From NCBI GenBank assembly GCA_944390795.1, contig CALXRI010000005.1:84842-148841 (forward strand): a stretch of DNA of 64,000 bases, written 5' to 3'. Position numbers and translations under genes: made by a program. This document shows positions 10,038-19,314 of this stretch, piece by piece. This stretch comes from an uncultured Victivallales bacterium. Its GTDB lineage: Bacteria > Verrucomicrobiota > Lentisphaeria > Victivallales > UBA1829. Position 1 is the stretch's first letter. Each line of letters starts with the position of its first letter. The notes under the pieces were generated by a model. It saw only the letters and a program-made list of their open reading frames with translations. It was not told where the DNA came from and did not search any database.

Positions 10038-10925
10038 TTACTGTTTCGAAGGAGTGCCGCGTCCGGCCTCGGACTGTTTCAGAAGTTTCATGACACCCTG
10101 CCGGTAGGCTTCCGGATCGTCCCGCCGCAGAGCATCCAGCTTCCGCATTTCAGCAGGATATTTTTTCCGCAGCGCCATGATCTGCCGCACGGGATTCACT
10201 CGCGGCGTGCGCGGCATGACATCCTCGCCGGATCCGGCCTGAGCGAATCCGCCGCCGGAACGGCGCATCTCCGGCATTTTCACTCCGGCCTTCTGCATCA
10301 GCTCCCAGGTCTTCAGATAGGCGGCGCGCGGTTCATCGGTGCGAAGTCTTTCAATTTCCTCAAATTCCGCCCTGAATTTGCCGGAGTTCTTGAGCTCCGC
10401 CATTTTCAGCTGCACGGATTCCATCGTCGCCGGCAGTTCGACATTTGCCTTGGCCGCCAGCGCCTCAAGCTTATTTTCCGCCTGAATCCGCTGTTTCTCA
10501 ACTTCCGCATATTCCGCGGGATATTTTTTCTTCAGCTCCGCCTCCACGGCTGCGCGCCGGTTTCTCATATTCGGAAACATCCCCATGGCGCCGCGCCGGT
10601 CATGCCTCCAGCCGGACATGGAAGAACGGTCGCCCCGGAATCCTCCCCTGGAGGACGGAAGCTTCATGGAAGCTTCAGAGGCAAGCTCCCGCATTCTCTC
10701 CAGAGCCGCAAACAGATTGACTGCCTGAAGATTTTCAATTTCCTTGAACTTTTCCGGATACTTCTTTTTGAGCGCCGCCTGAATTTCAGCCCATTGCGCG
10801 GAATTGTCCTGCCGGGCACGGTCATGCTCCCCGTTCCGGAAACGCTGTCTGCCCGATTCCTGTGCGGAGAGCATGAGGCAGGCGACAGCAAGCAGCAAAA
10901 TCCCCGCTGTTGTTGTACGTTTCAT
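10038..10925 (-). CDS. secreted helical repeat protein (4 x 'KKKYPxE(F/Y)' repeats), first gene of the T2SS operon
   Basis: Start trimmed to ATG 10925 (MKRTTTAGILLLAVACLMLSAQE signal peptide, GGGAG RBS 8 nt upstream). Repeats: LKKKYPEKFKEIENL, LKKKYPAEYAEVEKQ, GKFRAEFEEIERL, LRKKYPAEMRKLDAL. Confidence 0.7.
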   Translation of the reverse strand: MKRTTTAGILLLAVACLMLSAQESGRQRFRNGEHDRARQDNSAQWAEIQAALKKKYPEKFKEIENLQAVNLFAALERMRELASEASMKLPSSRGGFRGDRSSMSGWRHDRRGAMGMFPNMRNRRAAVEAELKKKYPAEYAEVEKQRIQAENKLEALAAKANVELPATMESVQLKMAELKNSGKFRAEFEEIERLRTDEPRAAYLKTWELMQKAGVKMPEMRRSGGGFAQAGSGEDVMPRTPRVNPVRQIMALRKKYPAEMRKLDALRRDDPEAYRQGVMKLLKQSEAGRGTPSKQ

Positions 10926-11188
10926 ACGAATTACTCCCAGAATCTGATTGAACACCCATCCAGCCAAATATTCGCTTAACGTAACAACTTTGCCATTTAT
11001 TGTGCAAAAATCAAGGGGAAATTCCATTTTTCTGAAAAAAATATCTTTTCGTTTTCCGGAAAGAGTCTCTTTTTTCACGGAATCCGTCATGCGGGGGGCA
11101 GACAGGGAGGGAAAAGGCAGGCGGAACGAATACTTTCCCTGGCGGAAGCAGGCATTTCCAGGCGGAGTGCGTTCAGGAAAGAGGGGAA

Positions 11189-14092
11189 TCAGCGGGGCAG
11201 ACACTTCACGCCGGCGATTTTTCCCTTGAAAAAGGAGATGCCGTTCTGGCCGGCGCCCAGCGCCGTCGCGCGCGGCAGCATGAGGCAGCCGGAGAAAGGC
11301 ACTTCCTTCCCGGGAAGTCCGTTGACCTCCACCCGCAGGGAGCTTCCGTCGAACAGAACACGGATCATGTTCCATTCCTTCGCCCGGAGTCCGTCCGCCG
11401 CGGCTCTTACCACCGCGGCGCGCTCACCTTTCCGGTAAAAGCGGTTGCCGGAGAACAGTGCAGCCGAAACCCTGCCGCCGGTGAACGTCAGATTGAAACC
11501 GTTGATTCCGCTGCTGAAAAGGGTTTCGGGGCGCTCCGGCAACGCATCCGGCATGGCTTTGAGTTCAAGTTCAAAACCGCAGTAAGGGGGAACCACATGC
11601 AGGGGCAGACTGACATAGTTGCAGTCCCGGAACTGCAGGCTCCAGCTTCCGTCGGGTTCCCGGACATACGCGGGCGTCTGATTTCCCACGCCTGGAAGAT
11701 TTGCGCGCAGGGAACGCCACGGGAGATTGCCGTAACCGGCCTCGCCGGAACCGTATCCTGTCGCGAGCGGAACAAATCCGCCGAGAATCCCGCTGTATTT
11801 GCTTCCCGCCGCGCAGGGAACCACAGAACCGTACCGCGGATGAAAACGATATTCAAATTCCGTGAGGAGATTCACGTCCGCCTCCACAGGAAACACCCGT
11901 TCCTTTTCCATGTCAAACACGTGAATGACACGGGTTGTGCCCGACGGTCGGTAAAGAGAAACGACGCTTCCCCGGTAAATCCCGTAATCCTCGTCGAGCG
12001 CGAGAATGGAGTAGACCGCATTTTTGTCCGAAGGACGGACAATCGCGGAAAACTCCGCAGTATTTTCGAAAAGCGGTTCCGGCATGGACACCTGGGACAG
12101 GAAACGGGAGATGACCAGATTGGAACCGTCCGGACCGCCGATTCCGGAAATCCCCTGTTTCATCAGATCCGCCGTCCGGATTCTGCCATGCATCGGAGGC
12201 AGATCCACGATCAGTTCACCGCTTTCCATATCCCGTCGCTTCATTGCCAGATAGACGGAAAATGGATACAGGCTGAATTCCACATTCCGGTAGAGCATCT
12301 TTCCATCCCGGAACCTGACGCCGCGGGCGCTTTGCACAGCCTCCGGGGAACAGTTCAGCGCAATCGCGCCGTTGAATATGCGTTTTTTCGAAGCCTGATG
12401 GGAAATGCTCAGAATGACGGTGTCATCATCCTCCTTCGGGAAGCTCCGCTTCGCATGGGAGTAAATGACATTGCTTCCCTCCAGAATCTCCGCACTGCGC
12501 AGTTTTTTCGGGGAGGAAACTCTTCCTTTCAGCAGCAGCGTCCCATCCGGTCGTCTTTCCGCCACGGCAAGCTCGCTCCGGATCCCTTTCGGAAGATCGC
12601 GCAGCGGGTGTTTCACCCATTTGTAATCCATGTTCCAGTTGGCGCGGATCTCAACCGGCGCCATGGCATCGGAAAAGACAAGGCGTTGTCCGTTCCAGGA
12701 TACGGAAAATTCCGGGCGGACGACCTGATGCCGGAGCAGTTCCGCACAGGGCATCCGGAACCAGGCGGAATCTGCAAGTTCGCAGCCGCGAAGAGAAAGA
12801 GGGGAAAAGGTTTTCACCGTATTTCCCCTGAGATCCTTCAGATGCGCCTCGATCCGGAACACCGTGTCGTCCCATATGCCGTCCGGGACATTTGCAACTT
12901 CCATTTCGAGCCATTCCCCCGCACTCAAAGTCCGGCGGTAGCTGACAATCAGATTGGGGATTGACAAATCGTCGCCGGGAAGCGGTGAAGGTTTTCCGCC
13001 GGCCAGCAGCGCCGCATAGGCCCGGACAATCCGCTGTGTGGAAAAAGAGTTGCGGACCGTCGGACGGAAATGGGTATGTTCGTTCTGTTCATCCCATTCC
13101 GTCATGACGATGAAATCAGGGCGGAGAAAACGCGCGGCCTCCAGCTTGTGCCGCAGGAAAGTCGTCCCCGTGCAGTCCAGGGTATGCGTGAAACGGTAGG
13201 AATTCGAATGTTCCGCAACCACGGCATAACCCAGTATTTTACTTCGAAACTCTTCCTCGGAATAAACACTGTTCAGAATCGGAAGGATGACCTGCCGTTC
13301 AAAATCCAGGTTGAATCTGCGTTTCCAGACGGAACTCCGGTCGCTGAAGAAAATTCCGTCCGCCGCGCGCAGCTCGGTGCGCAGCTCCTCCTTCATGCGT
13401 TCAATGGTTCTCCCGTCCAGTTTCCTGTTCGGCCGGAACGTCCTGAAACTCACATAGGGCAGGTAAAGAAAACGATCTCCATAACGCTCCCGGAGTTTCC
13501 GCCTGAGTTCCCTCGAATATGCCGGGGTTCCTCCGGGATAGCGGGTAAGGACAATTTTTCCGTTGATGCAGAAGACGTTGGGAGCCTTCATGGCAAGCCC
13601 CGCCATTTCCAGATCGGTTTCAAGCGGTTTTTTCCCCATTGGAACCAGCTCCACGAGAACAGGAAGCTCCGCGCCCTTCAGAAGTGAACGGGAAAAAAGA
13701 TCGCGCCGTCCGGAAGTCGCCGGGAAAAACGCCGCGCCGTCCATGCCGCCGAGGCGGATCGTTGCAGCCATCCGGCGATAGGCGGATTCATTGATGAAAT
13801 GCCGGGGATCATTTTTTTCCGCCAGCGAGGAATCCTGCATCAGAGGCCGATCCAGCCATTTATGCAGATAGTCGTCCCGTTCCAATCCGTATTTCAGCTG
13901 CGTCCGCACAAAGAGGAACGGCCGTTCCGTATGCGCCCGGCGGCGCGGAGCCTCCCGCTTCATGCGCTCAAGCGCAGCCGCGGCGTCCGGCGCAGGCGGC
14001 ATGCAGGGAAGATGACATTCCGCTCCGGAAGCGGAGGCGGTCAAAGCCGAAAGGATTCCTGTTAAAAGCAATCCGTAATGTTTCGTTTTCAT
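11189..14092 (-). CDS. large exported protein with C-terminal LamG/concanavalin-like domain; possible glycoside-hydrolase-like core
   Basis: ATG at 14092 with GGAG 6 nt upstream. Signal peptide MKTKHYGLLLTGILSALTASASG. C-terminal LRVEVNGLPGKEVPFSG...FFKGKIAGV is LamG-like. The motif IVMTEWDEQNEHTHFRP resembles GH71/GH99-type WNDYGE/NEWHE motifs (weak). Confidence 0.6.
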   Translation of the reverse strand: MKTKHYGLLLTGILSALTASASGAECHLPCMPPAPDAAAALERMKREAPRRRAHTERPFLFVRTQLKYGLERDDYLHKWLDRPLMQDSSLAEKNDPRHFINESAYRRMAATIRLGGMDGAAFFPATSGRRDLFSRSLLKGAELPVLVELVPMGKKPLETDLEMAGLAMKAPNVFCINGKIVLTRYPGGTPAYSRELRRKLRERYGDRFLYLPYVSFRTFRPNRKLDGRTIERMKEELRTELRAADGIFFSDRSSVWKRRFNLDFERQVILPILNSVYSEEEFRSKILGYAVVAEHSNSYRFTHTLDCTGTTFLRHKLEAARFLRPDFIVMTEWDEQNEHTHFRPTVRNSFSTQRIVRAYAALLAGGKPSPLPGDDLSIPNLIVSYRRTLSAGEWLEMEVANVPDGIWDDTVFRIEAHLKDLRGNTVKTFSPLSLRGCELADSAWFRMPCAELLRHQVVRPEFSVSWNGQRLVFSDAMAPVEIRANWNMDYKWVKHPLRDLPKGIRSELAVAERRPDGTLLLKGRVSSPKKLRSAEILEGSNVIYSHAKRSFPKEDDDTVILSISHQASKKRIFNGAIALNCSPEAVQSARGVRFRDGKMLYRNVEFSLYPFSVYLAMKRRDMESGELIVDLPPMHGRIRTADLMKQGISGIGGPDGSNLVISRFLSQVSMPEPLFENTAEFSAIVRPSDKNAVYSILALDEDYGIYRGSVVSLYRPSGTTRVIHVFDMEKERVFPVEADVNLLTEFEYRFHPRYGSVVPCAAGSKYSGILGGFVPLATGYGSGEAGYGNLPWRSLRANLPGVGNQTPAYVREPDGSWSLQFRDCNYVSLPLHVVPPYCGFELELKAMPDALPERPETLFSSGINGFNLTFTGGRVSAALFSGNRFYRKGERAAVVRAAADGLRAKEWNMIRVLFDGSSLRVEVNGLPGKEVPFSGCLMLPRATALGAGQNGISFFKGKIAGVKCLPR

Positions 14093-14094
14093 CT

Positions 14095-14880
14095 TCACTC
14101 CCAGGTGAAATATTTTTCCGTGACGGCGCTGTTCAAGTGCGTTTTTCCGTTTTTGAGATATCCCGTGTGCCCGTCGGCGAAAAGAAGATTGGTTCCGCCG
14201 CTGTGCAGATCGTGAATATACAGCCCGTTGGAAAAGGAGACATAGGAGCCGGCATTGAATTCCGTCTTCGTTTCGGCAAGAAGGAAACAGCTGGAAAATT
14301 TTTTCATTTCGGAGATCTTCACCGGAATCCAGCGTCTGGGATCTCCGGATCCGAGAACATTTTTATGGGAACCGACATAATTGTTGTTATAACCGTAACC
14401 GATGAAAGTCCATGACGCGGCGCCGCCCGGACCGACCGCATGGATGAAAACGTCAAGATCCCGATGAAAATTGGATTCCGGCGGCATGATTCCCGCGGCT
14501 GTGGGGCATTTATAAATTTTTCCCGTCGGAATGTACTTTTCCCGCTGGAACATCCATGCCCAGTTCCAGTAGTTCTTGTTGATTTCCCCCCCGCTCAAAT
14601 CGCTGAGATCCGCAGGGGGAAAAAAATCCCGGCTGTCACTGACGTAGGAATGAAAGGCGGCGCCGAACTGTTTCAGATTGCTGCCGCAGCTGATCCGGTG
14701 CGCGGCTTCTCTCGCCTTCCGGAGACCCGGCAGCAGCATGGATGCCAGAATCGCAACGATTGCAATCACAACCAGAAGTTCTACCAGTGAAAAAGATTTT
14801 CTCCGGAAAGCCGATGCCGCCTGATCCCGCACAACAAAAACGGAAACCGGATAGAACAAACATGTATGATGCCGCAGCAT
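14095..14880 (-). CDS. DUF1559 'H-X9-DG' protein with prepilin-type N-terminal methylation domain
   Basis: [24 protein letters not shown], and C-terminal [13 protein letters not shown] (H-X9-DG). ATG 14880 is preceded by GGGAGG. The stop lies 2 nt before the next gene's start. Confidence 0.85.
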   Translation of the reverse strand: MLRHHTCLFYPVSVFVVRDQAASAFRRKSFSLVELLVVIAIVAILASMLLPGLRKAREAAHRISCGSNLKQFGAAFHSYVSDSRDFFPPADLSDLSGGEINKNYWNWAWMFQREKYIPTGKIYKCPTAAGIMPPESNFHRDLDVFIHAVGPGGAASWTFIGYGYNNNYVGSHKNVLGSGDPRRWIPVKISEMKKFSSCFLLAETKTEFNAGSYVSFSNGLYIHDLHSGGTNLLFADGHTGYLKNGKTHLNSAVTEKYFTWE

Positions 14881-14910
14881 GAAAAAAACCTCCCTGTCAG
14901 GCTTTTCCAT

Positions 14911-14954
14911 TTGACTTTTTCATATCATTATACTACAATAACGCACGATGGCAA
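14911..14954. promoter_or_regulatory. overlapping divergent sigma70-type promoters (AraC gene rightward, DUF1559 operon leftward)
   Basis: Plus strand: TTGACT(14911-16)-17 nt-TACAAT(14934-39). Minus strand: TTGCCA(14954-49)-16 nt-TATAAT(14932-27). Confidence 0.45.
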
Positions 14955-14993
14955 TGATAAAAGTGATTATATTCTTTGCAGAAGTGATCAAAA

Positions 14994-15887
14994 ATGAAAT
15001 CCTTTTCTGAAAAATGTCTGAAAGCGGCTGAATCTCTTCCGGATTTTGCCTATTCCGTTCCCGGATTCCCGGATTTTCCCCCGTTCATGCCGTACCGCAT
15101 TCAGTTTTATTACCGCAGGAGGAACCGGGACACCAATACATTTTTCCATAACCGCTACATCCTGGCATGTCTTCTTGCCGGAAATGCCCGGCTTGAAATC
15201 AATAAGCGCCTCTGCTCCCTGAAACCGCTCCAGCTGTATCTGGTTTTCCCGGGAGAGTCGCACAGGATTCTGTCAGGACAAGACGAAGGAAGTTCCATGC
15301 TGTTCTGTTCCTTCCATCTGCACGACGAGCAAAAAGCCATGGATGTTCTCCGGGGGACCATTCTGGAAAGCGATGCCGGAATCCGGCGTCTTCTGCTTTG
15401 CGCGCTCCGGGATTTCCTGATCCATTATCCCGAGGGGAATCGTGAGATCAATACGACGCCCTATCTTCTGGGTGAACTTCTGGAACGTCTGCGGGTGAAG
15501 AACTGTCCCGCGCCTCCGGAAACGTTCCGCAAGACGAATTATTCCGACGAAGGAAGCGAACTTTACCGGAAAATCTCCCGGTATATCGTGGAAAATCCGC
15601 ACCGGAAAATCACGATTGCGGAACTGAGCCGCCGTCTGGGCGTTTCGGCAAGCAATCTCAGAAGATGCTTCAAAAGACAAATCGGGAAAAGTCTGGGAAA
15701 GTATCTCCGGTCCAGAAGAATGATGTTCGCCGCGGGGCTCCTGCGATCCTCCGGTCAGAACATCAGCCAGATTGCCGCATTATGCGGGTATCGCTCCGCG
15801 GCGGCATTCTCCCGCGCATTCAAACGGGAGGAGACCCGTTACAGTCCATCCGAATTCCGTAAAAAAATCCGTGCGCCGCTTTCATGA
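14994..15887 (+). CDS. AraC-family transcriptional regulator
   Basis: C-terminal double HTH: ITIAELSRRLGVSASNLRRCFKRQIGKS...ISQIAALCGYRSAAAFSRAFKRE. Confidence 0.85.
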   Translation: MKSFSEKCLKAAESLPDFAYSVPGFPDFPPFMPYRIQFYYRRRNRDTNTFFHNRYILACLLAGNARLEINKRLCSLKPLQLYLVFPGESHRILSGQDEGSSMLFCSFHLHDEQKAMDVLRGTILESDAGIRRLLLCALRDFLIHYPEGNREINTTPYLLGELLERLRVKNCPAPPETFRKTNYSDEGSELYRKISRYIVENPHRKITIAELSRRLGVSASNLRRCFKRQIGKSLGKYLRSRRMMFAAGLLRSSGQNISQIAALCGYRSAAAFSRAFKREETRYSPSEFRKKIRAPLS

Positions 15888-17627
15888 TTTCGAAATGGTT
15901 TTCCCCCCCGGATGAAACCATTTCGGTACACCGGCGGCCCGCAGTTCCGCAATCTGCCGGGCATGTTCCGTGAGAATCTGTCCGCGGGACCAGTCAAGCG
16001 AAGGATCGCGGTACGGCGTACCGGCGGTGGACTCCAGCGCAATGCAACGGTCTTTCTCCCGCAGCGGGGACAGATGGTCAAGCGCATGAAGCGATGCAAC
16101 AGTTCCGCCGCGCTTCCGTCCGAACGGGACGGATTCTGAAACAAAAAAACCGGTCCGGAGCAGCGCCCCCAGAAACGGATAGGCGCTCGAATAGGCTGCC
16201 AGAATGCCGAAGGGATTCAGAACCCGTTTCAATGCGGCGAGAAAGTCCAGCGTCCAGAGCTCCGGGTTCCGGTCCGGGGAAAATGCGTCGAGGAAAATGA
16301 AATCAAACTTTTCACCGGTCTCCTGCACATAACGCCGCGCGTCGCCCCAGGCAATTTCGATCCGGACGAAGGCGCTCCGGTAACACCCGGCGGAAGCCAG
16401 TGTCTCAAGCACATCCTTTCGCGGGAAATCCGGCAGAGACAGCGCATTGCGCAGCGTATTGCGGTCCGATTCCAGAGAGATGCAGCGGAGCATGCCCGCT
16501 CCCGTATGTTCGGCAAGTTCCGTGAGAGCGGCCGCGTTGTATCCCATCCCGAATCCGACATCCAGAACCGTGACGGAGCCTCCTTCCTTCAGACGCTCCC
16601 CGATCCGGCAGGGCTCAATGTATTTCTTCCAGGATTCCGTCCGCGCACCGGCAACGCTGTGAAAATGCTGACGGTATCCGGGATGGTAGAGCGTATAGGA
16701 CCCGTCCTCCGTCCGCACCGCGCGGACTCCGTCGTCGCGTCCGGCGGCTCGAGACTCGAAAACCGTGCGGAACATGGAAAGAAACTGCCCTTTCTTCATC
16801 CACCACTTCGGCGCGATCACCTCGGAAGCATCCGCATCGGCGCAGAGGCGCATCACAATGGTCTTTTCCGGCAGAACGGAAAGAAAATCAGCAAGCGCAT
16901 CGGCATATTCGTATTCATTGAACGCCGTCACTTCGCCGTTGTGGAACATCCGCGCCATCTCCGTACCTTTCAGAACCAGAAGGTTGTGCACCTTGATCCC
17001 GGAAAAGGGAAGTGAAGCTATTTTTTCCGCGGTCGCGCGGAAATCCGAAGCCGTCTCGCCGGGCAGTCCGAGAATGACATGCGCGGCGACTTTGATCCCC
17101 TGCGCGTCCAGACGCCTCGCCGCATCCTCGACGGCGGCGAAATCATGTCCCCGGTTGATTCTCCGGAGGGTAAGATCATTGGCGCTCTGGACTCCAAGTT
17201 CCACCCAGACTTCATAACGGCGTGCCAGCGAAGCCAGATATTCCACACACTCGCCGGAAAGACAGTCCGGACGGGTCGCAATGAGAACGGCTCTGTAATC
17301 CGCCGTGCAAAGCGCCTCCTCATACAGATGCCGGAGAACGGACACTTCGCCATAGGTATTGGTGAAAGACTGGAAATAGGCCAGATAAGGACCGTCCGAC
17401 GCATACCGCTCCCGGACATAGCGGATGCCGCGCCGGGCCTGTTCCGCAAGACTCATGCCGGGCGAAAGATGCCTCGCCGCGGAACCGTTTCCGGCGCAGA
17501 AGGCGCACCCGCCGGAACCGTCCGGATTCCGGTTGGGACAGGAAAGTCCGAGATCGAACGGAATCCGCTGGAGCGGTTTTCCATAGCGTTCAGCAAGATA
17601 ATCCCGGAAAAAACGAAGCTGTTTCAT
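15882..17627 (-). CDS. fusion protein: TIGR01212/YhcC-type radical SAM domain + MnmC2/MnmD-type SAM methyltransferase domain
   Basis: N-terminal half has LSCPNRNPDGSGGCAFCAG (TIGR01212-type cluster motif) and ELGVQS. C-terminal half has DGSYTLYHPGYRQHFHSVAGARTES, VLDVGFGMGYN, FLDAFSPDRNPELWT and PFGRKRG (compare E. coli MnmC FLDGFAPAKNPDMWT, GFGRKRE). Confidence 0.8.
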   Translation of the reverse strand: MKQLRFFRDYLAERYGKPLQRIPFDLGLSCPNRNPDGSGGCAFCAGNGSAARHLSPGMSLAEQARRGIRYVRERYASDGPYLAYFQSFTNTYGEVSVLRHLYEEALCTADYRAVLIATRPDCLSGECVEYLASLARRYEVWVELGVQSANDLTLRRINRGHDFAAVEDAARRLDAQGIKVAAHVILGLPGETASDFRATAEKIASLPFSGIKVHNLLVLKGTEMARMFHNGEVTAFNEYEYADALADFLSVLPEKTIVMRLCADADASEVIAPKWWMKKGQFLSMFRTVFESRAAGRDDGVRAVRTEDGSYTLYHPGYRQHFHSVAGARTESWKKYIEPCRIGERLKEGGSVTVLDVGFGMGYNAAALTELAEHTGAGMLRCISLESDRNTLRNALSLPDFPRKDVLETLASAGCYRSAFVRIEIAWGDARRYVQETGEKFDFIFLDAFSPDRNPELWTLDFLAALKRVLNPFGILAAYSSAYPFLGALLRTGFFVSESVPFGRKRGGTVASLHALDHLSPLREKDRCIALESTAGTPYRDPSLDWSRGQILTEHARQIAELRAAGVPKWFHPGGKTISKS

Positions 17628-17654
17628 GACGGAACGGCATGCGCGGAAACGCGA

Positions 17655-18362
17655 TCAATGCACGGGAAGCAGTTTCTGCACGTTGTGCAGACGCTCGACA
17701 GCCGCCTGTGCTCCGTCCGGCGCACGGAAAACGGCGGTTCCGGCAACCAGCATGTTGGCTCCCGCGGGAACAATCCGCTTCGCGGTTTCGCCGTCGATCC
17801 CGCCGTCCACCTCGATGTGAAGCTTCGGATTGAGCTTCCCCGCCAGGGCGCGGATTTCCGCGACCTTCGGAATCATGTCCGCCATGAACGACTGCCCGCC
17901 GAAACCGGGCTCCACGGTCATCACGAGCACCAGATCAATCCTGTCCAGATAATTGACGACCGCGGAAACGGGAGTGGCCGGCTTGATGGAAATTCCGACG
18001 GAACAGCCTTCCGCGCGGATCGCCCGGATCGTCTCGTCCGGATTGTCATCCGACTCCAGATGAAACGTGATATGATCCGCGCCCGCGGCGGAAAACGGTT
18101 TGACGTATTTGATGGGACTGGTAATCATCAGATGGGTGTCGAACGTCAGGATGGAGTGCTTCCGGATTGCCGCGATCACAGGCGGCCCCATCGTGAGATT
18201 CGGCACGAAATGGCCGTCCATGATGTCGAGATGCAGCAGATCGGCGCCCGCGGCCTCGACGCGTTTGATTTCATTGGCGAGATCGGCAAAATCCGCGGCA
18301 AGCAGAGAGGGTGACACCAGCACCCTGCGCGCATCAAAGTCCGTGACCGGTTTTTTAATCAT
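17655..18362 (-). CDS. rpe: ribulose-phosphate 3-epimerase
   Basis: LHLDIMDGHFVPNLTMG, VMTVEPGFGGQSF, EVDGGI. Confidence 0.92.
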   Translation of the reverse strand: MIKKPVTDFDARRVLVSPSLLAADFADLANEIKRVEAAGADLLHLDIMDGHFVPNLTMGPPVIAAIRKHSILTFDTHLMITSPIKYVKPFSAAGADHITFHLESDDNPDETIRAIRAEGCSVGISIKPATPVSAVVNYLDRIDLVLVMTVEPGFGGQSFMADMIPKVAEIRALAGKLNPKLHIEVDGGIDGETAKRIVPAGANMLVAGTAVFRAPDGAQAAVERLHNVQKLLPVH

Positions 18363-19314
18363 GTTCGTTATCCTTGTGCTTGTGATTTCGGTTGCAGTCG
18401 AGCCAGCGGCGGTGCGCCCAGAGCCACTGATCGGGATATTTCCGGATCAGTTCCTCGAACGCATTGGAGTAAAGCTGGGTGATCTCCCGGATGTCATGTT
18501 CCTTGTCTCCGGTGGGCGTGTAGCGGATCGGCGCCGTTCCGGTAAGCTTGAAGTGATAGCTGTCATCCTCCCGGACCGCAAGGATCGGCAGAATCGGGTG
18601 TCCGGTTTTCAGATGCAGCAGCGCAACCGTCATATGCGCCCTTGCGGGATGCCCGAAAAACGTGATTTCCACACCTTCGCGGCTGGTCGCATGCTGATCG
18701 GAAACGACAGCAATGGAATCTCCCCTGTTCAAGGCGGCAAGCAGAGGCCGGATTCCCTTTTCCTTGGAAACGGTCGTATGCTTCCTGCTCATGCGGTGCG
18801 CATAGAAATATTCCCCGAGCTTCCGGTTGGCCAGGGGACGCATGATCGAGCAGAGGTTCTGACCGGAAAACATCGTGTAGATGTTGCCGGCAAGCTCCCA
18901 GTTCCCGAGATGTGCGGAGGCAAGAATCGCCGTGACCGGATGTTCCGGATCCATGATTTTGTCCAGTTCCGGGGAATCGGAGGCATAACGCAGATGTTCA
19001 CGGAAATTCTCAGGCGTCACAATCTGGTCGAATTTCACGACCTCGACGAAAACCTTCACCATATGACGGAAATTGGCTTTTGCCAGCGCCCTCGCCTCCG
19101 GGAGCGTGGTCCGGATCCCGCTGTGCAGGATGTGGGCAATCGCCCGTTTCCGGTGTTTGAAATCCAGAAGATAGAAAAACCAGGCACAGACGTTCGCCAG
19201 CGCATAAGCCTGTTTCAGGCTCAGCGCACGGACCAGAAGCGGCAGAATCAGAAAGAGCCGGTATTCGGCTTCCATCAGAAAGGCGTTTTCCGTTTTTTTC
19301 TTCTTGTTTCCCAT
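18355..19314 (-). CDS. lipid A biosynthesis (LpxL/HtrB-family) lysophospholipid acyltransferase
   Basis: N-terminal TM and the catalytic-region motif SAHLGNWE. About 320 aa, typical of the family. Confidence 0.7.
   Translation of the reverse strand: MGNKKKKTENAFLMEAEYRLFLILPLLVRALSLKQAYALANVCAWFFYLLDFKHRKRAIAHILHSGIRTTLPEARALAKANFRHMVKVFVEVVKFDQIVTPENFREHLRYASDSPELDKIMDPEHPVTAILASAHLGNWELAGNIYTMFSGQNLCSIMRPLANRKLGEYFYAHRMSRKHTTVSKEKGIRPLLAALNRGDSIAVVSDQHATSREGVEITFFGHPARAHMTVALLHLKTGHPILPILAVREDDSYHFKLTGTAPIRYTPTGDKEHDIREITQLYSNAFEELIRKYPDQWLWAHRRWLDCNRNHKHKDNEHD

Noticed and set aside
10926-11375. 5' extension of the track ORF 10038-11375
   Set aside because: The extension overlaps the end of the upstream 967-aa gene and encodes R/G/P-rich sequence. 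An internal ATG at 10925 has a GGGAG RBS and starts a clean signal peptide.
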